A model generated the notes under the pieces. The model was given only the letters and a program-made list of their open reading frames with translations, had not been told where the DNA came from and searched no databases. The position numbers were made by a program, and so were the translations under genes. Below are positions 23,843 to 35,746 of a stretch of 64,000 nt of DNA, in pieces. Source of the DNA: Eledone cirrhosa (lineage: Eukaryota); contig OZ024757.1 of NCBI GenBank assembly GCA_964016885.1, positions 7,936,001-8,000,000 on the forward strand. The letters are read 5' to 3'. How positions within the stretch are numbered: position 1 is the stretch's first letter; the number at the start of each line of letters is the position of its first letter.

Positions 23843-24292
23843 TTTCTGCTAGCATGTGTAGTGTGTATATTGTTAATATATGCAGGTATATATACATGTA
23901 GATATGATACATCAAATAAAATCATAATTGACAATATATAATACATAGAAATTGAACGAAGACTGTGTTACACTGTCTTATGTAATCAGTAACGTAATCC
24001 ATGATACATTAAAAAAGACGATATTATATATAAACTGCATTAGGAGAAAATTAGTGACGGAAATATATGAATGTTTATTTAAGCGATGGCCAACCGGAAG
24101 CGTTGACATTTCAGAAAAGAATCTTTAAATAAACAAAATATATTTAATCAACATCCACGAAATTTAGTAGATAAATTATGCAATATTCATTCATGATTTA
24201 TTCAAAGTAATGCAACTTATTTTACTAATGGGATAACAAATTATAAACTGTACATAGTCCCGCGCTCCTTACTTTATTATAGTTTAGATTTA
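23843..24292. repeat. Direct duplicate of 26735-27195 carrying an ETS-like CCGGAAG site
   Basis: Colinear high similarity; GATGGCCAACCGGAAG in both copies. Confidence 0.8.
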
Positions 24293-24788
24293 TTAGGTCA
24301 GCTGGATTGGCCAGAACAATTCTACTCTCCTTTTTTAGATGTCACGATCTTCCATGGCATTCCTGAGATCATTAATCTCCAGCTGAACATCCTGAGACAT
24401 CTGATCTATGTAGGTCAATCCCAGTCATCGCTCTAGTGTCTTACAATGTTTAGGTCTCCACCACAATAGCCAGCTCATCCTACCCTCAGTGGAAATGTCC
24501 AGCATATCTTGTCCTCCGCTCCCTAGTTATTGTGGTAATCTTTGATATATGTCAGTATACTCCTTCCCTTTAAGTAATGTATTACAAATATAAAAATAAT
24601 AAAATATATATATATATACACACAAAATATATGTTGAGTTGTTTAAGATTTTTCAAGCTTCACATTTTATATTCTGACTTTCAAATTGTGTCTAGATATT
24701 TGTGTTTTTCATATTTCACGGTGATGGTGTTTACCGCAAGTGTTGACTACGTAGGTGAACAAACATTGACGAATGCCGAGTGAAAGAT

Positions 24789-25830
24789 TTACCTCATTTC
24801 ACATGAATAAGGTTTTTCACCAGTATGTATTCTTTTGTGTTTTACAAGAATTGAACTCTGAGAAAAAGATTTCCCACATATTTCACATGAATAAGTTTTT
24901 TCACCAGTGTGTACTCTTTTGTGTTTTACAAGATTTGACCCCTGAGAAAAAGATTTACCACATATTTCACATGAATAAGTTTTTTCACCAGTGTGTACTC
25001 TTTTGTGTTTTACAAGATTTGACCCCTGAGAAAAAGATTTACCACATATTTCACATGAATAAGTTTTTTCACCAGTGTGTACTCTTTTGTGAAGTTCAAG
25101 ATGAGAACTACGAGAAAAAGATTTCCCACATATTTCACAATGGAAGAGTTTTTCACCAGTATGTATTCTTTTGTGATGTTCAAGTTGAGAACTCTGAGAA
25201 AAAGATTTACCACATATTTCACAATGGAAGGGTTTTTCACCAGTGTGTGTTCTTTTGTGAATGACAAGAGCAGAATTATTTATGAAAGATTTCTCACATA
25301 TCTCACAGTGGAAGGGTTTTTCTCCAGTGTGCCTCCGTATGTGGATAACAAGAGCAGAATTATTAGTAAAAGATTTCTCACATATTTCACAATGGAAGGG
25401 TTTTTCTCCAGTGTGACTCCGTATGTGGACAACAAGATTAGAATTATCAATAAAAGATTTACCACATATTTCACAGTTGAAGGGTTTTTCTCCTGTGTGA
25501 CTCCGTATGTGGATGACAAGAGCAGAATTATTAGTAAAAGATTTCTCACATATTTCACAATGGAAGGGTTTTTCTCCAGTGTGACTCCGTATGTGGACAA
25601 CAAGATTAGAATTATCAATAAAAGATTTACCACATATTTCACAGTTGAAGGGTTTTTCTCCTGTGTGACTCCGTATGTGGATGACAAGAGCAGAATTATT
25701 AGTGAAAGATTTCCCACAATATTTCACAGTGGAGGGGTTTTTCTCTGTGTATTTTCTCGTGTGAGGATAGTTTCAGTTTTAAAGAGAAAGTTTTCCTGCA
25801 AATCTCACAGCTATATTCAGACATATTTCA
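24789..25830 (-). pseudogene. C2H2 zinc-finger gene (~11 in-frame fingers) with frameshifted 5' end
   Basis: ORF 24789-25727 of [16 protein letters not shown] repeats. The upstream MSEYSCEICRKTF segment is out of frame (single-base insertions near 25775 and 25720), so the track's GTG start is likely artefactual. Confidence 0.8.
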
Positions 25831-25942
25831 TAAAGGAATCTCACCACTTCCATTCATATATTAAGAAATGTAGCATTCAGTTGGTAAAGTAATAAGATGT
25901 ATGAAAGCGTAAGACTGATCTTGGAAGAAGTAGAAGCAAGTG

Positions 25943-25980
<38 letters not shown>

Positions 25981-27344
25981 GTGTGTGTGTGTATTTTATT
26001 ATTTTTGTTAAGGTGAGAGAAGCTCTATTCACAATAAAATCCTCCGCTCATAAAACAGACGAATAAGACTTCTATAGTTAAGGTTCTTGTTATTGAGGAC
26101 AGTTCAGGTGACAAGAGAATTAATATCCATAATTTCAAAAGATGAAGGTTAATATGTATACAGACATAGAGTGTGTAGGTATGAGCGAGAGAAATAGACG
26201 TGCGTATGTGTGTAAGTGTTGTAATAAACAAGATATTTCACTTCAGATAGAAAAGTTCACAATGTTTGTGTTGTGGTGGAAAACGAAATAATACGTACTT
26301 TAGTTGTCAAGACCAATAAAGATAAAATTTGATGAGGTTTAAGTTGTAACAATGGAGCTGATATAAATGGTAATATTTCATTGTCTAGTTGACACCGGTG
26401 TCATGACTTTAAAGTCCCCCACATAATTTAATACATTCAGAAACAACTTCCGTTATATTACTTCACACATTCAATCAATATGTTAGATCTTTATTCAGAT
26501 TTGTATAAATTAAAACAAAACACATTATTTAAGGTAATAAAATATTTAAGAAATGGAAATGTAAAGTATTTTGTTAAACATAAATGTGGATATAAGTTGT
26601 AACAATGGAGCCATTGTAGATAACTTTCCACTGTCTAGTTGACACCGGTGTCATAACTTAAAAGTCCCTACATAATTTAATACATTCAGAAACAACTTCC
26701 GTTATATGAACTAGCAGAAAACTACCTTCCGGCGGTTTTCTGCTAGCATGTGTAGTGTGTATATTGATATTATACACAAGTATATATACATGTAGATATG
26801 ATACATCAAATAAAATCGTAATTGACAATATATAATACACAGAAATTGAACGAAGACTGTGTTACATTGTCTTATGTAATCAGTAACGTAATACATGATA
26901 CATTAAAAAAGACGATATTATATATAAACTGCATTAGGAGAAAATTAGTGACAGAAAATTAATAGTTTATTGAAGTGATGGCCAACCGGAAGTGTTGACA
27001 TTTTAGAAATTTTAAAGAAGTGACTATTTAAATAAACAAAATATATTTAATCAACAGCCACGAAATTTAGTAGATAAATTATGTAATATTCATTCATTAT
27101 TTATTCAAAGTAATCCAACTTATTTTACTAATGGGATAACAAATTATAAACCGTACGCAGTCCCACGCTCCTCCTTTTATTATAGTTTAGATTCATACGT
27201 TCAATAGATATGCTAGTACTTTATTCAGATTTGAATAAATAACGTTATTAATGTTATATAACTGTTCATATTAAACCAAAACACATTATTAAAGGTAATA
27301 AAATATTTAAGTAATGGAAAAAAAAAACGAATCAAACAACGAAA

Positions 27345-27533
27345 ATAATTGTTTCTACTTTTGGCATAAGGCCAGTAATTATTCCAGTGTATTACTGGTA
27401 CTTTATTTTATCGACCTCGTAAGGATGAAGAGCAAAGTTAACTCTGGCGGGATTTGAACTCAGATCATAAAGGGAGGTAACTCTATGCTACAAAGCATGG
27501 CGTCCGACGCTCTACCGATACTGCCAATCCAAC
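27345..27533 (-). mobile_element. tRNA-derived SINE (same family as 18865)
   Basis: Colinear match to 4462-4650. Confidence 0.8.
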
Positions 27534-28057
27534 GAAAATAATGGGAGGACAGACTTTATATTTCAGTCTGAGCTGTGATATAGCCCCACCCTACAGACAA
27601 AATGACAAAGGTGTTACCACAGAGAATAGCCAGAGACACCCACTGCAACATCCACCCCACCTCATGGGACTACTTCCTCACGTGGGCTGCTGTGTTTCTA
27701 ATTTTGAGAAGGAAATCAGCAGTGTGGGGACAAAGAGGAAGTGGTTTGTCAGGCCCCGGTATTTAACTATCTCCCTCTTCTCTCTATTGCAGGTAGTAAC
27801 GCCCGGGTTTGTGGCCGCAGGGAAAATGTTGGAGGCAGAGAATGATACAACCCATGCTAAACCTCCAACTAATTCTGATACTTATCTTTTTCAGCTGTGG
27901 AGATTAGAAACATGTGGAATGATGTCTTGCTTAAGGACACAATGTACCTCCGTAACTGAGAATTGAACACATAATAGGATCTATGACATCCCTATATATA
28001 TATATATATGCGTATGTATACACATTTATAAATATGTGTGTGTAAGTACATATGCAT

Positions 28058-29635
28058 TATCATCATCATCATCATCGTTTAACGTCCATCTTCCACGCTT
28101 GCATGGGTTTGCACGGGAGTTTTCCCACTTGAGGCAAGAGTGGTTGTCTTGCTCGCATAGGACTGTCTGGCAGGTTTTCTACAGTTGGATGCCCTTCCTA
28201 ACACCACCACATTTACAGTGTGGGACTGGGAGGGTTTTACCGTGTTGCCTACACGGCCACATTACAGCGGGTTTTCTACAGCTGGATGCCCTTGCAGGTA
28301 GTAAAGCCTGGGTTTGTGGCTGCAGGGAAAATGTTGGAGGCAGAGAATGATCCAACCCATGCTAAACCTCCAACTAAAGCTGATACTTGTCTTTGTCAGC
28401 TGTGGAGGTTAGAGACATGTGGAATGATGTGTCTTGCTTAAGGACACAATGTACCTCCCTAACTGAGAATTGAAAACATGATATTACCATATGTTGTATG
28501 ACTTCACTATACAATATATATGTGTTTGTATACATATATATAGTATATATTTGTGTGTATACATTGTCTCATTCCATGAGAGTAACTTGGTCAGTCTATG
28601 AACTACTCATCCGACCCTTCTACATGTATATACATGTTTGTCAGTGTGTGTGTACATATGTATATAGAATATTGTCACAGCTACTATATACACCATATAT
28701 ACACTATATATAATATTGTCCAATATATATAGACTATATGTCATGTTGTCCAAGCGAAAGGGTGATATAGATCAGCACCAGTGACATTACAACTATTATA
28801 TACACTATATATCATCATCATCGTTATCATTTAACGTCTACCTTCCACGCTAGCATGGGTTAGACGGGAATTGTCCCACTTGAGGCAAAATTGATCGGGT
28901 GACAGTGTCTCGCTCGTATAGGACTGTATCTGGCAGGTTTTCTAAGGCTGGATGCCCTTTCTAACACCAACCACATTTCCAGTATGGTCTGGGAACCATT
29001 TTGTGATGACACCTACACTACCTCTTTAGGTTGGACTGCATGTTGTAGTACCAACATAAGTTTACAGAGACAGGGTGGTGTTGGTGGGAGTGGGAGGATG
29101 GAGTAGGGGTTGTGGGTTGGGTGTATATTTGGTTAGGAGGGGCCTACTGACTGTAGGTTAACTTTGCACATAGGGAAGGCACATCTTCTCTATTACTGTG
29201 TGGCACCATATATCTTAATCCAGTGACATTGTCTTAGAGAGGTGTAAGTGTGCAAGGTTGGATTTTATGTCGTCTCAGGTTTTTCTGGGTCTACCTACTC
29301 CGTAACTTCCATCAAATTTGATCACCCTGCACTTTTTTATAAAGCTGTCATCTTTCATGCGCATCACATGACCATACCAACGTAATCTTCTCTCAAGTAA
29401 ACAGCATCTGATCCCTCTTATTCCTAATTCTCACTTAGTTCATTTATGTTTTGCTGTTCATGTATATTACAATTACACGTCCAACAGAGCATGCATGCTT
29501 CGTTCCTTTCCAATCTGCGCAGGTCCTCTGCACACAATGCCCATGTCTCACTGCCATGTAACATTGCTGTTCGTATGCACGCATCATACAACCTGCCTTT
29601 CATTTTTAGAGAAACTTTTTGTGTCCAGCAGCGGT
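28058..29635 (-). mobile_element. Mosaic of RTE 3' fragments and SINE pieces
   Basis: (CAT)n tails with TTTAACGTC..CTTCCACGCT.GCATGGGTT at 28060 and 28812; RTE C-terminal sequence at 29250-29630. Confidence 0.65.
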
Positions 29636-29754
29636 ATTAGCTCATTGTGACATGTGAGAGAAACCATTCTCTTTGAATGTTACAGTAACTACACACAAAC
29701 ATATACATACAGCTGGGAAGCCATATCACTTTGATATATTTGGTAAATCTTTCT

Positions 29755-30904
29755 CTAAATGTTGTGGCTTCACTAGACACTAACATATACAGGAGAGGAA
29801 TTATATCACTATGATGTCTGTGGTACCTCACTCTCTAAATCTTATGGCTTCACTACACACTAACATATACAGGAGAGGAACCATATCACTGTGGTGTCTG
29901 TGGTACCTCACTCTCTAAATGTTGTGGCTTCACTACACACTAACGTATACAGGAGAGGAACTATATCACTGTGATGTCTGTGGTACCTCACTCTCCATAT
30001 GTTGCGGCTTCACTACACACTAACATATACAGGTGAGGAACCATATCACTGTGATGTCTGTGGTACCTCACTCTCTAAATGTTGTGGCTTCACTACACAC
30101 TAACATATACAGGTGAGGAACCATATCACTGTGATGTCTGTGGTACCTCACTCTCTAAATGTTGTGGCTTCACTACACACTAACATATACAGGAGAGGAA
30201 CCATATCACTGTGATGTCTGTGGTACCTCACTCTCTAAATGTTATGGCTTCACTACACACTAACATATACAGGAGAGGAACCATATCACTGTGATGTCTG
30301 TGGTACCTCACAGTCTAAATGTTGTGACTTTACTACACACTAACATATACAGGAGAGGAGCCATATCACTGTGGTGTCTGTGGTACCTCACTCTCTAAAT
30401 GTTGTGACTTCACTACACACTAACATATACAGGAGAGGAACCATATCACTGTGATGTCTGTGGTACCTCACTCTCTAAATGTTGTGGCTTCACTACACAC
30501 TAACATATACAGGAGAGGAACCATATCACTGTGATGTCTGTGGTACCTCACTCTCTAAATGTTGTGGCTTCACTACACACTAACATATACAGGAGAGGAG
30601 CCATATCACTGTGGTGTCTGTGGTACCTCACTCTCTAAATGTTGTGGCTTCACTACACACTAACATATACAGGATCACTACACACTAACATATACAGGAG
30701 AGGAACCATATCACTGTGATGTCTGTGGTACCTCACTCTCTAAATGTTGTGGCTTCACTACACACTAACATATACAGGAAAGGACCCATATCACTGTGAT
30801 GTCTGTGGTACCTCACTCTCTAAATGTTGTGGCTTCACTACACACTAACATATACAGGAGAGGAACCATATCACTGTGATGTCTGTGGTACCTCACTCTC
30901 TAAA
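29755..30904 (+). repeat. 80-bp satellite (~14 copies) derived from a C2H2 zinc-finger unit
   Basis: Unit TAACATATACAGGAGAGGAACCATATCACTGTGATGTCTGTGGTACCTCACTCTCTAAATGTTGTGGCTTCACTACACAC reads TGEEPYHCDVCGTSLSKCCGFTTH*. Confidence 0.93.
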
Positions 30905-31347
30905 ATTTGTTTGCTTTTAAGAAACCACTGGTAAATGAAATAATTGCCTTATGTTATTTATTACATAACTATTAAGCTCTGTTACCTACATAGAGCACTC
31001 TTTTTTCCTGGACTTTTCCGACGGAATTACTTCACATATATATATATAAACGAAAAAAATGAAACGAAATTTCATTTCCCACTCTTAGTACGGTTGTTAC
31101 TTAAATATAAGTATGTATACGTACATACATATATGTATACAGACGTACAGTAGTATGTATTTATATATACATACATGCACACATATATATATGTACGTAT
31201 AGATTCACCAAACATTCATTACAATGCTCGGTGTGTTGTAAACAAACATCCCGAATTAAGCCGTAGTGTCCAGCAACCATCGTTGCTCGTTTGTTCAACA
31301 CTGACAAAGGAACGCTGTACTAGTTTCAAGCTTGTTAGCTATCGTCA

Positions 31348-31459
31348 GCAACGTATACCTTCCTGCCGATATGCAAATTGGGCTACTCAGCCGTTAATAT
31401 GCATAAGGAAATTATATACTTTCGGACGTTCAACCATCTGGCAGGAAGGTATACGTTGC
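31348..31459. repeat. Perfect 20-bp inverted repeat with 72-bp spacer
   Basis: GCAACGTATACCTTCCTGCC (31348-31367) and GGCAGGAAGGTATACGTTGC (31440-31459). Confidence 0.9.
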
Positions 31460-31899
31460 AATTTGTATATAATAGGGGTTAATTTGAAGCAGAAAATGTT
31501 GGGGACCACTTAAGACAACAAATCGTTCTTTTTATTTTATAACAATTATTATTATTATTATATATATATATATTTTAGTCAACTTTGCTCCTCTCCTAAA
31601 TCTGCTGCTCTTGAGCCTAATTTACAAATCATTAGAGATTTAACTAGTTTTAGCAAATAATATTTGTTGTTTCATATTTCTTGAAACATTTCTTATAATT
31701 GACTGTGACTAACAACAATCAGTAAACTATACCATCAATACCCCCAATGATACAAACCTGGACAGTGTGGAAGAATTCTCTCAGGCATGGAGGACACTAG
31801 GTACCAGTTACCTTGTGGTCCCAGGAGAGGACAGAATGGTGAAAGGGGTTACCCTGGAGGACAGCAAGTGAGATGTGTTGAAATAGCTTTTAAAACTTG

Positions 31900-32368
31900 T
31901 GGGGCTCTCACCTGTGGGTGGCCAACTCCACCCTGATAACAGTTAGTAGGGAGGTAGTTTAGGGACCAAGTCTGACAATTGTCTCCACCACTATAGTTTA
32001 ACAAGACACTCCTGTGTGTGGCCAACTCCACCCTGATAACATTAGTAGGGAGGTGGTATAGGGACCAAGTCTGACAATTGTCTCCACCACTATAGTTTAA
32101 CAAGACACTCCTGTAGGTGGCTAACTCCACCATGATAACAGTTAGTAGGGAGCTGGTATAGGGACCAAGTCTGACAATTGTCTCCACCACTATAGTTTAA
32201 CAAGACGCTCCTGTGTGTGGCTAACTCCACCATGATAACAGTTAGTAGGGAGGTGGTATAGGGATCAAGTCTGACAATTGTCTCCACCACTATAGTTTAA
32301 CAAGACACTCCTGTCTGTGGCTAACTCCACCATGATAACAGTTAGTAGGGAGGTAGTTTAGGGACCAG
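31900..32368. repeat. 100-bp satellite, short array (~4.5 copies)
   Basis: Same unit as 43670-47208. Confidence 0.92.
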
Positions 32369-32599
32369 AATGCCAGAAATCTCCATTACTACAACTTCAA
32401 CAACAAACAACTAATACTTCAACAGTTTGTGATATTTTGTGACTAAATTTTCATTTTTCTTGTTACTTTAGGGAAACAATGATACCACCAAAGTTAGTGG
32501 CCCTATAACCAGGATATTGTAAACTTTCTAAATTTCAGTTGTAAAATATACGAAGAGTGATAGAATTTCAGTCATTTTAAACAACATTGAAGTGTTTGT

Positions 32600-33963
32600 G
32601 TTAGATGTATTAAAACTACTTACAAGATGATATCATTACATATGGTGTTAATAACAGAGATTTAGATGGGTGTTAGATGTATTAAAACTATTTTCAAGAT
32701 GATATCATTACATATGTTGTTAATAACAGAGATTTAGATGGGTGTTAGATGTATTAAAACTACTTACAAGATGATATCATTACATATGGTGTTAATAACA
32801 GAGATTTAGATGGGTGTTAGATGTATTAAAACTACTCACAAGATGATATCATTACATATGGTGTTAATAACAGAGATTTAGATAGGTGTTAGATGTATTA
32901 AAACTATTTTCAAGATGATATCATTACATATGGTGTTAATAACAGAGATTTAGATGGGTGTTAGATGTATTAAAACTACTTACAAGATGATATCATTATA
33001 TATGGTGTTAATAACAGAGATTTAGATAGGTGTTAGATGTATTAAAACTATTTTCAAGATGATATCATTACATATGGTGTTAATAACAGAGATTTAGATG
33101 GGTGTTAGATGTATTAAAACTACTTACAAGATGGTATCATTACATATGGTTAATAACAGAGATTTAGATGGGTGTTAGATGTATTAAAACTACTCACAAG
33201 ATGATATCATTACGTATGGTGTTAATAACAGAGATTTAGATGGGTGTTAGATGTATTAAAACTACTTACAAGATGATATCATTACATATGGTGTTAATAA
33301 CAGAGATTTAGATGGGTGTTAGATGTATTAAAACTACTTCCAAGATGATATCATTACATATGGTGTTAATAACAGACATTTAGATGGGTGTTAGATGTAT
33401 TAAAACTACTTACAAGATGATATCATTACATATGGTGTTAATAACAGAGATTTAGATAGGTGTTAGATGTATTAAAACTATTTTCAAGATGATATCATTA
33501 CATATGGTGTTAATAACAGAGATTTAGATGGGTGTTAGATGTATTAAAACTACTTACAAGATGATATCATTACATATGGTGTTAATAACAGAGATTTAGA
33601 TAGGTGTTAGATGTATTAAAACTATTTTCAAGATGATATCATTACATATGGTGTTAATAACAGAGATTTAGATGGGTGTTAGATGTATTAAAACTACTTA
33701 CAAGATGATATCATTACATATAGTGTTAATAACAGAGATTTAGATGGGTGTTAGATGTATTAAAACTACTCACAAGATGATATCATTACATATGGTGTTA
33801 ATAACAGAGATTTAGATGGGTGTTAGATGTATTAAAACTACTTCCAAGATGATATCATTACATATGGTGTTAATAACAGAGATTTAGATGGGTGTTAGAT
33901 GTATTAAAACTACTTACAAGATGATATCATTACATATGTTGTTAATAACAGAGATTTAGATGG
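32600..33963. repeat. 72-bp satellite (~19 copies)
   Basis: GTTAGATGTATTAAAACTACTTACAAGATGATATCATTACATATGGTGTTAATAACAGAGATTTAGATGGGT. Confidence 0.95.
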
Positions 33964-34852
33964 CAAAATAACAAAAAGTTGAAGTTACAGACTTGATAAA
34001 TTCCTTAAATATAATTCTTTTATTAACAACAAATAGAATGAAATTTAGGTCATAAATACACTTCATAAAATTAATTATGAAAAATTAATAAATTGTTTAC
34101 AAAACAAAAAATCAATAAAAAAAAGGGAGTTAAAAAGAAAAAGAAAAACAGGTAAAACTACTCCTTCAATTACTGTAACAGAGAATGTTGGTGTTACCCT
34201 CTAAAATTTCTTAGACTAGATACTCACAGCAATACCTCATGTGACAGAGGGCCCTCCAATTACACACTACAACAGGCAATGTTGGTGTAGGGCTCTAAAA
34301 TTCATCATAGCAGAAAAGACATTACCTCAGGTGATAGAGGGTCCCTTAATGACACACTACAACAGGGGATGTTGGTGTAGGCCCCTAAGATTTAACATAG
34401 CAGACAAGATATTACGTTATGTAATAGAGGGTCCCGTAATTACACACACTATAGCAGGGAATGTTGGTGTTGACAAACCAATGATGAAATTTCTGGCATA
34501 GATTTAAAATTAATTCAAAAAGTCAAGAATAGATCAGAGAAAGATTTTAATTTCAAATGAAAATATATTTGTAAAAATGGCCAGCAATGTTTGGAGTCTA
34601 TCAAACTGCCAAGTATTCACATTTGATATTGGTGGAAAATAAGTTTAGATTTGTAAGAGGAAGGATGTCTCATGTTTCACAGTTAAAAACTTTCCTTCCT
34701 CTCTATGTTTGTGTCTAAATAACTGTTAGAGAAAAAACATTTCCCACATATTTCACTGTGTAAAAGGTTTTTCACAAGTGTGTTATTTTGTGTTTATTAT
34801 ATTCACTGTTACTAATGAAAGATTTCCCACATATTTCACAGTGATAGGGTTT

Positions 34853-35746
34853 CTATCCAGTATGTATTCTTTTGTGTTTAGTTAAGACATTACTCCTGCC
34901 AAAAGATTTCCCACATATTTCACAGTGATAGGGTCTCTCTCCTGTATGTGTTCTTTTGTGTTTATTATAATTACTGTTACTAATAAAAGATTTCCCACAT
35001 ATTTTACAGTGGAAAGGCTTTTCTCCAGTGTGAGTACGTATGTGGACAATGAGATCAGGAGAATTTGTAAAAGATTTCCCACATATTTCACAGTGATAGG
35101 GTTTCTCTCCAGTATGTGTTCTTTTATGTATAGTTAAATCACTGCTTTTTACAAACGCTTTCCCGCATATTTCACAATGGAAGTGTTTCTCTCCAGTGTG
35201 TCTTCTTCTGTGAACTATAAGAGCAGCATTATGAGCAAAATATTTCCCACATATTTCACATTGATAGGGTTTCTCTCCAGTGTGTCTTCTTCTGTGAACT
35301 ATAAGAGCAGTACTATCAGCAAAATATTTCCCACATATTTCACAATGAAAAGGTTTCTCTCCGGTGTGAATACGTATATGTCTAACAAGTTTAGCTTTCT
35401 CAGCGAAAGATTTCCCACATATTTCACAGTGAAATGGTTTTTCTCCACTGTGACTATGTATATGCCTAACAAAATTGGAATTCAGACTGAAAGATTTCCC
35501 ACATATTTCACAATGATAGGGTTTGTCTTTAATATGTATGTGTTTGTGTGTAGATAATTCATCTTCTGATGAGAAAGTTTTCCTACAAATCTCACAGCTA
35601 TATTCAGGAATATTTCTGTGTAATGATCCTTGTTCAGTACCTGTTTCACTAGGTAAAGGTTTCTCACCACTGTATGTCTCTGTAACTCTATCTATATTGG
35701 GAGAAACAGGTGTGGTAGAAATGTCCAAGTGTTTAACCTCCTCCAT
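34853..35746 (-). CDS. C2H2 zinc-finger protein, 9 fingers, ~297 aa
   Basis: ATG 35746 (MEEVKHLDIS) just after a candidate TCTTCAG acceptor (~35775); nine intact C-x2-C-x12-H-x3-H fingers with TGEKP-type linkers; no disruption. Confidence 0.88.
   Translation of the reverse strand: MEEVKHLDISTTPVSPNIDRVTETYSGEKPLPSETGTEQGSLHRNIPEYSCEICRKTFSSEDELSTHKHIHIKDKPYHCEICGKSFSLNSNFVRHIHSHSGEKPFHCEICGKSFAEKAKLVRHIRIHTGEKPFHCEICGKYFADSTALIVHRRRHTGEKPYQCEICGKYFAHNAALIVHRRRHTGEKHFHCEICGKAFVKSSDLTIHKRTHTGEKPYHCEICGKSFTNSPDLIVHIRTHTGEKPFHCKICGKSFISNSNYNKHKRTHTGERPYHCEICGKSFGRSNVLTKHKRIHTG

Noticed and set aside
24773-25892. Antisense ORFs over zinc-finger arrays (also at 35177-35557 and 63588-63794)
   Set aside because: Expected shadow frames of periodic finger codons.
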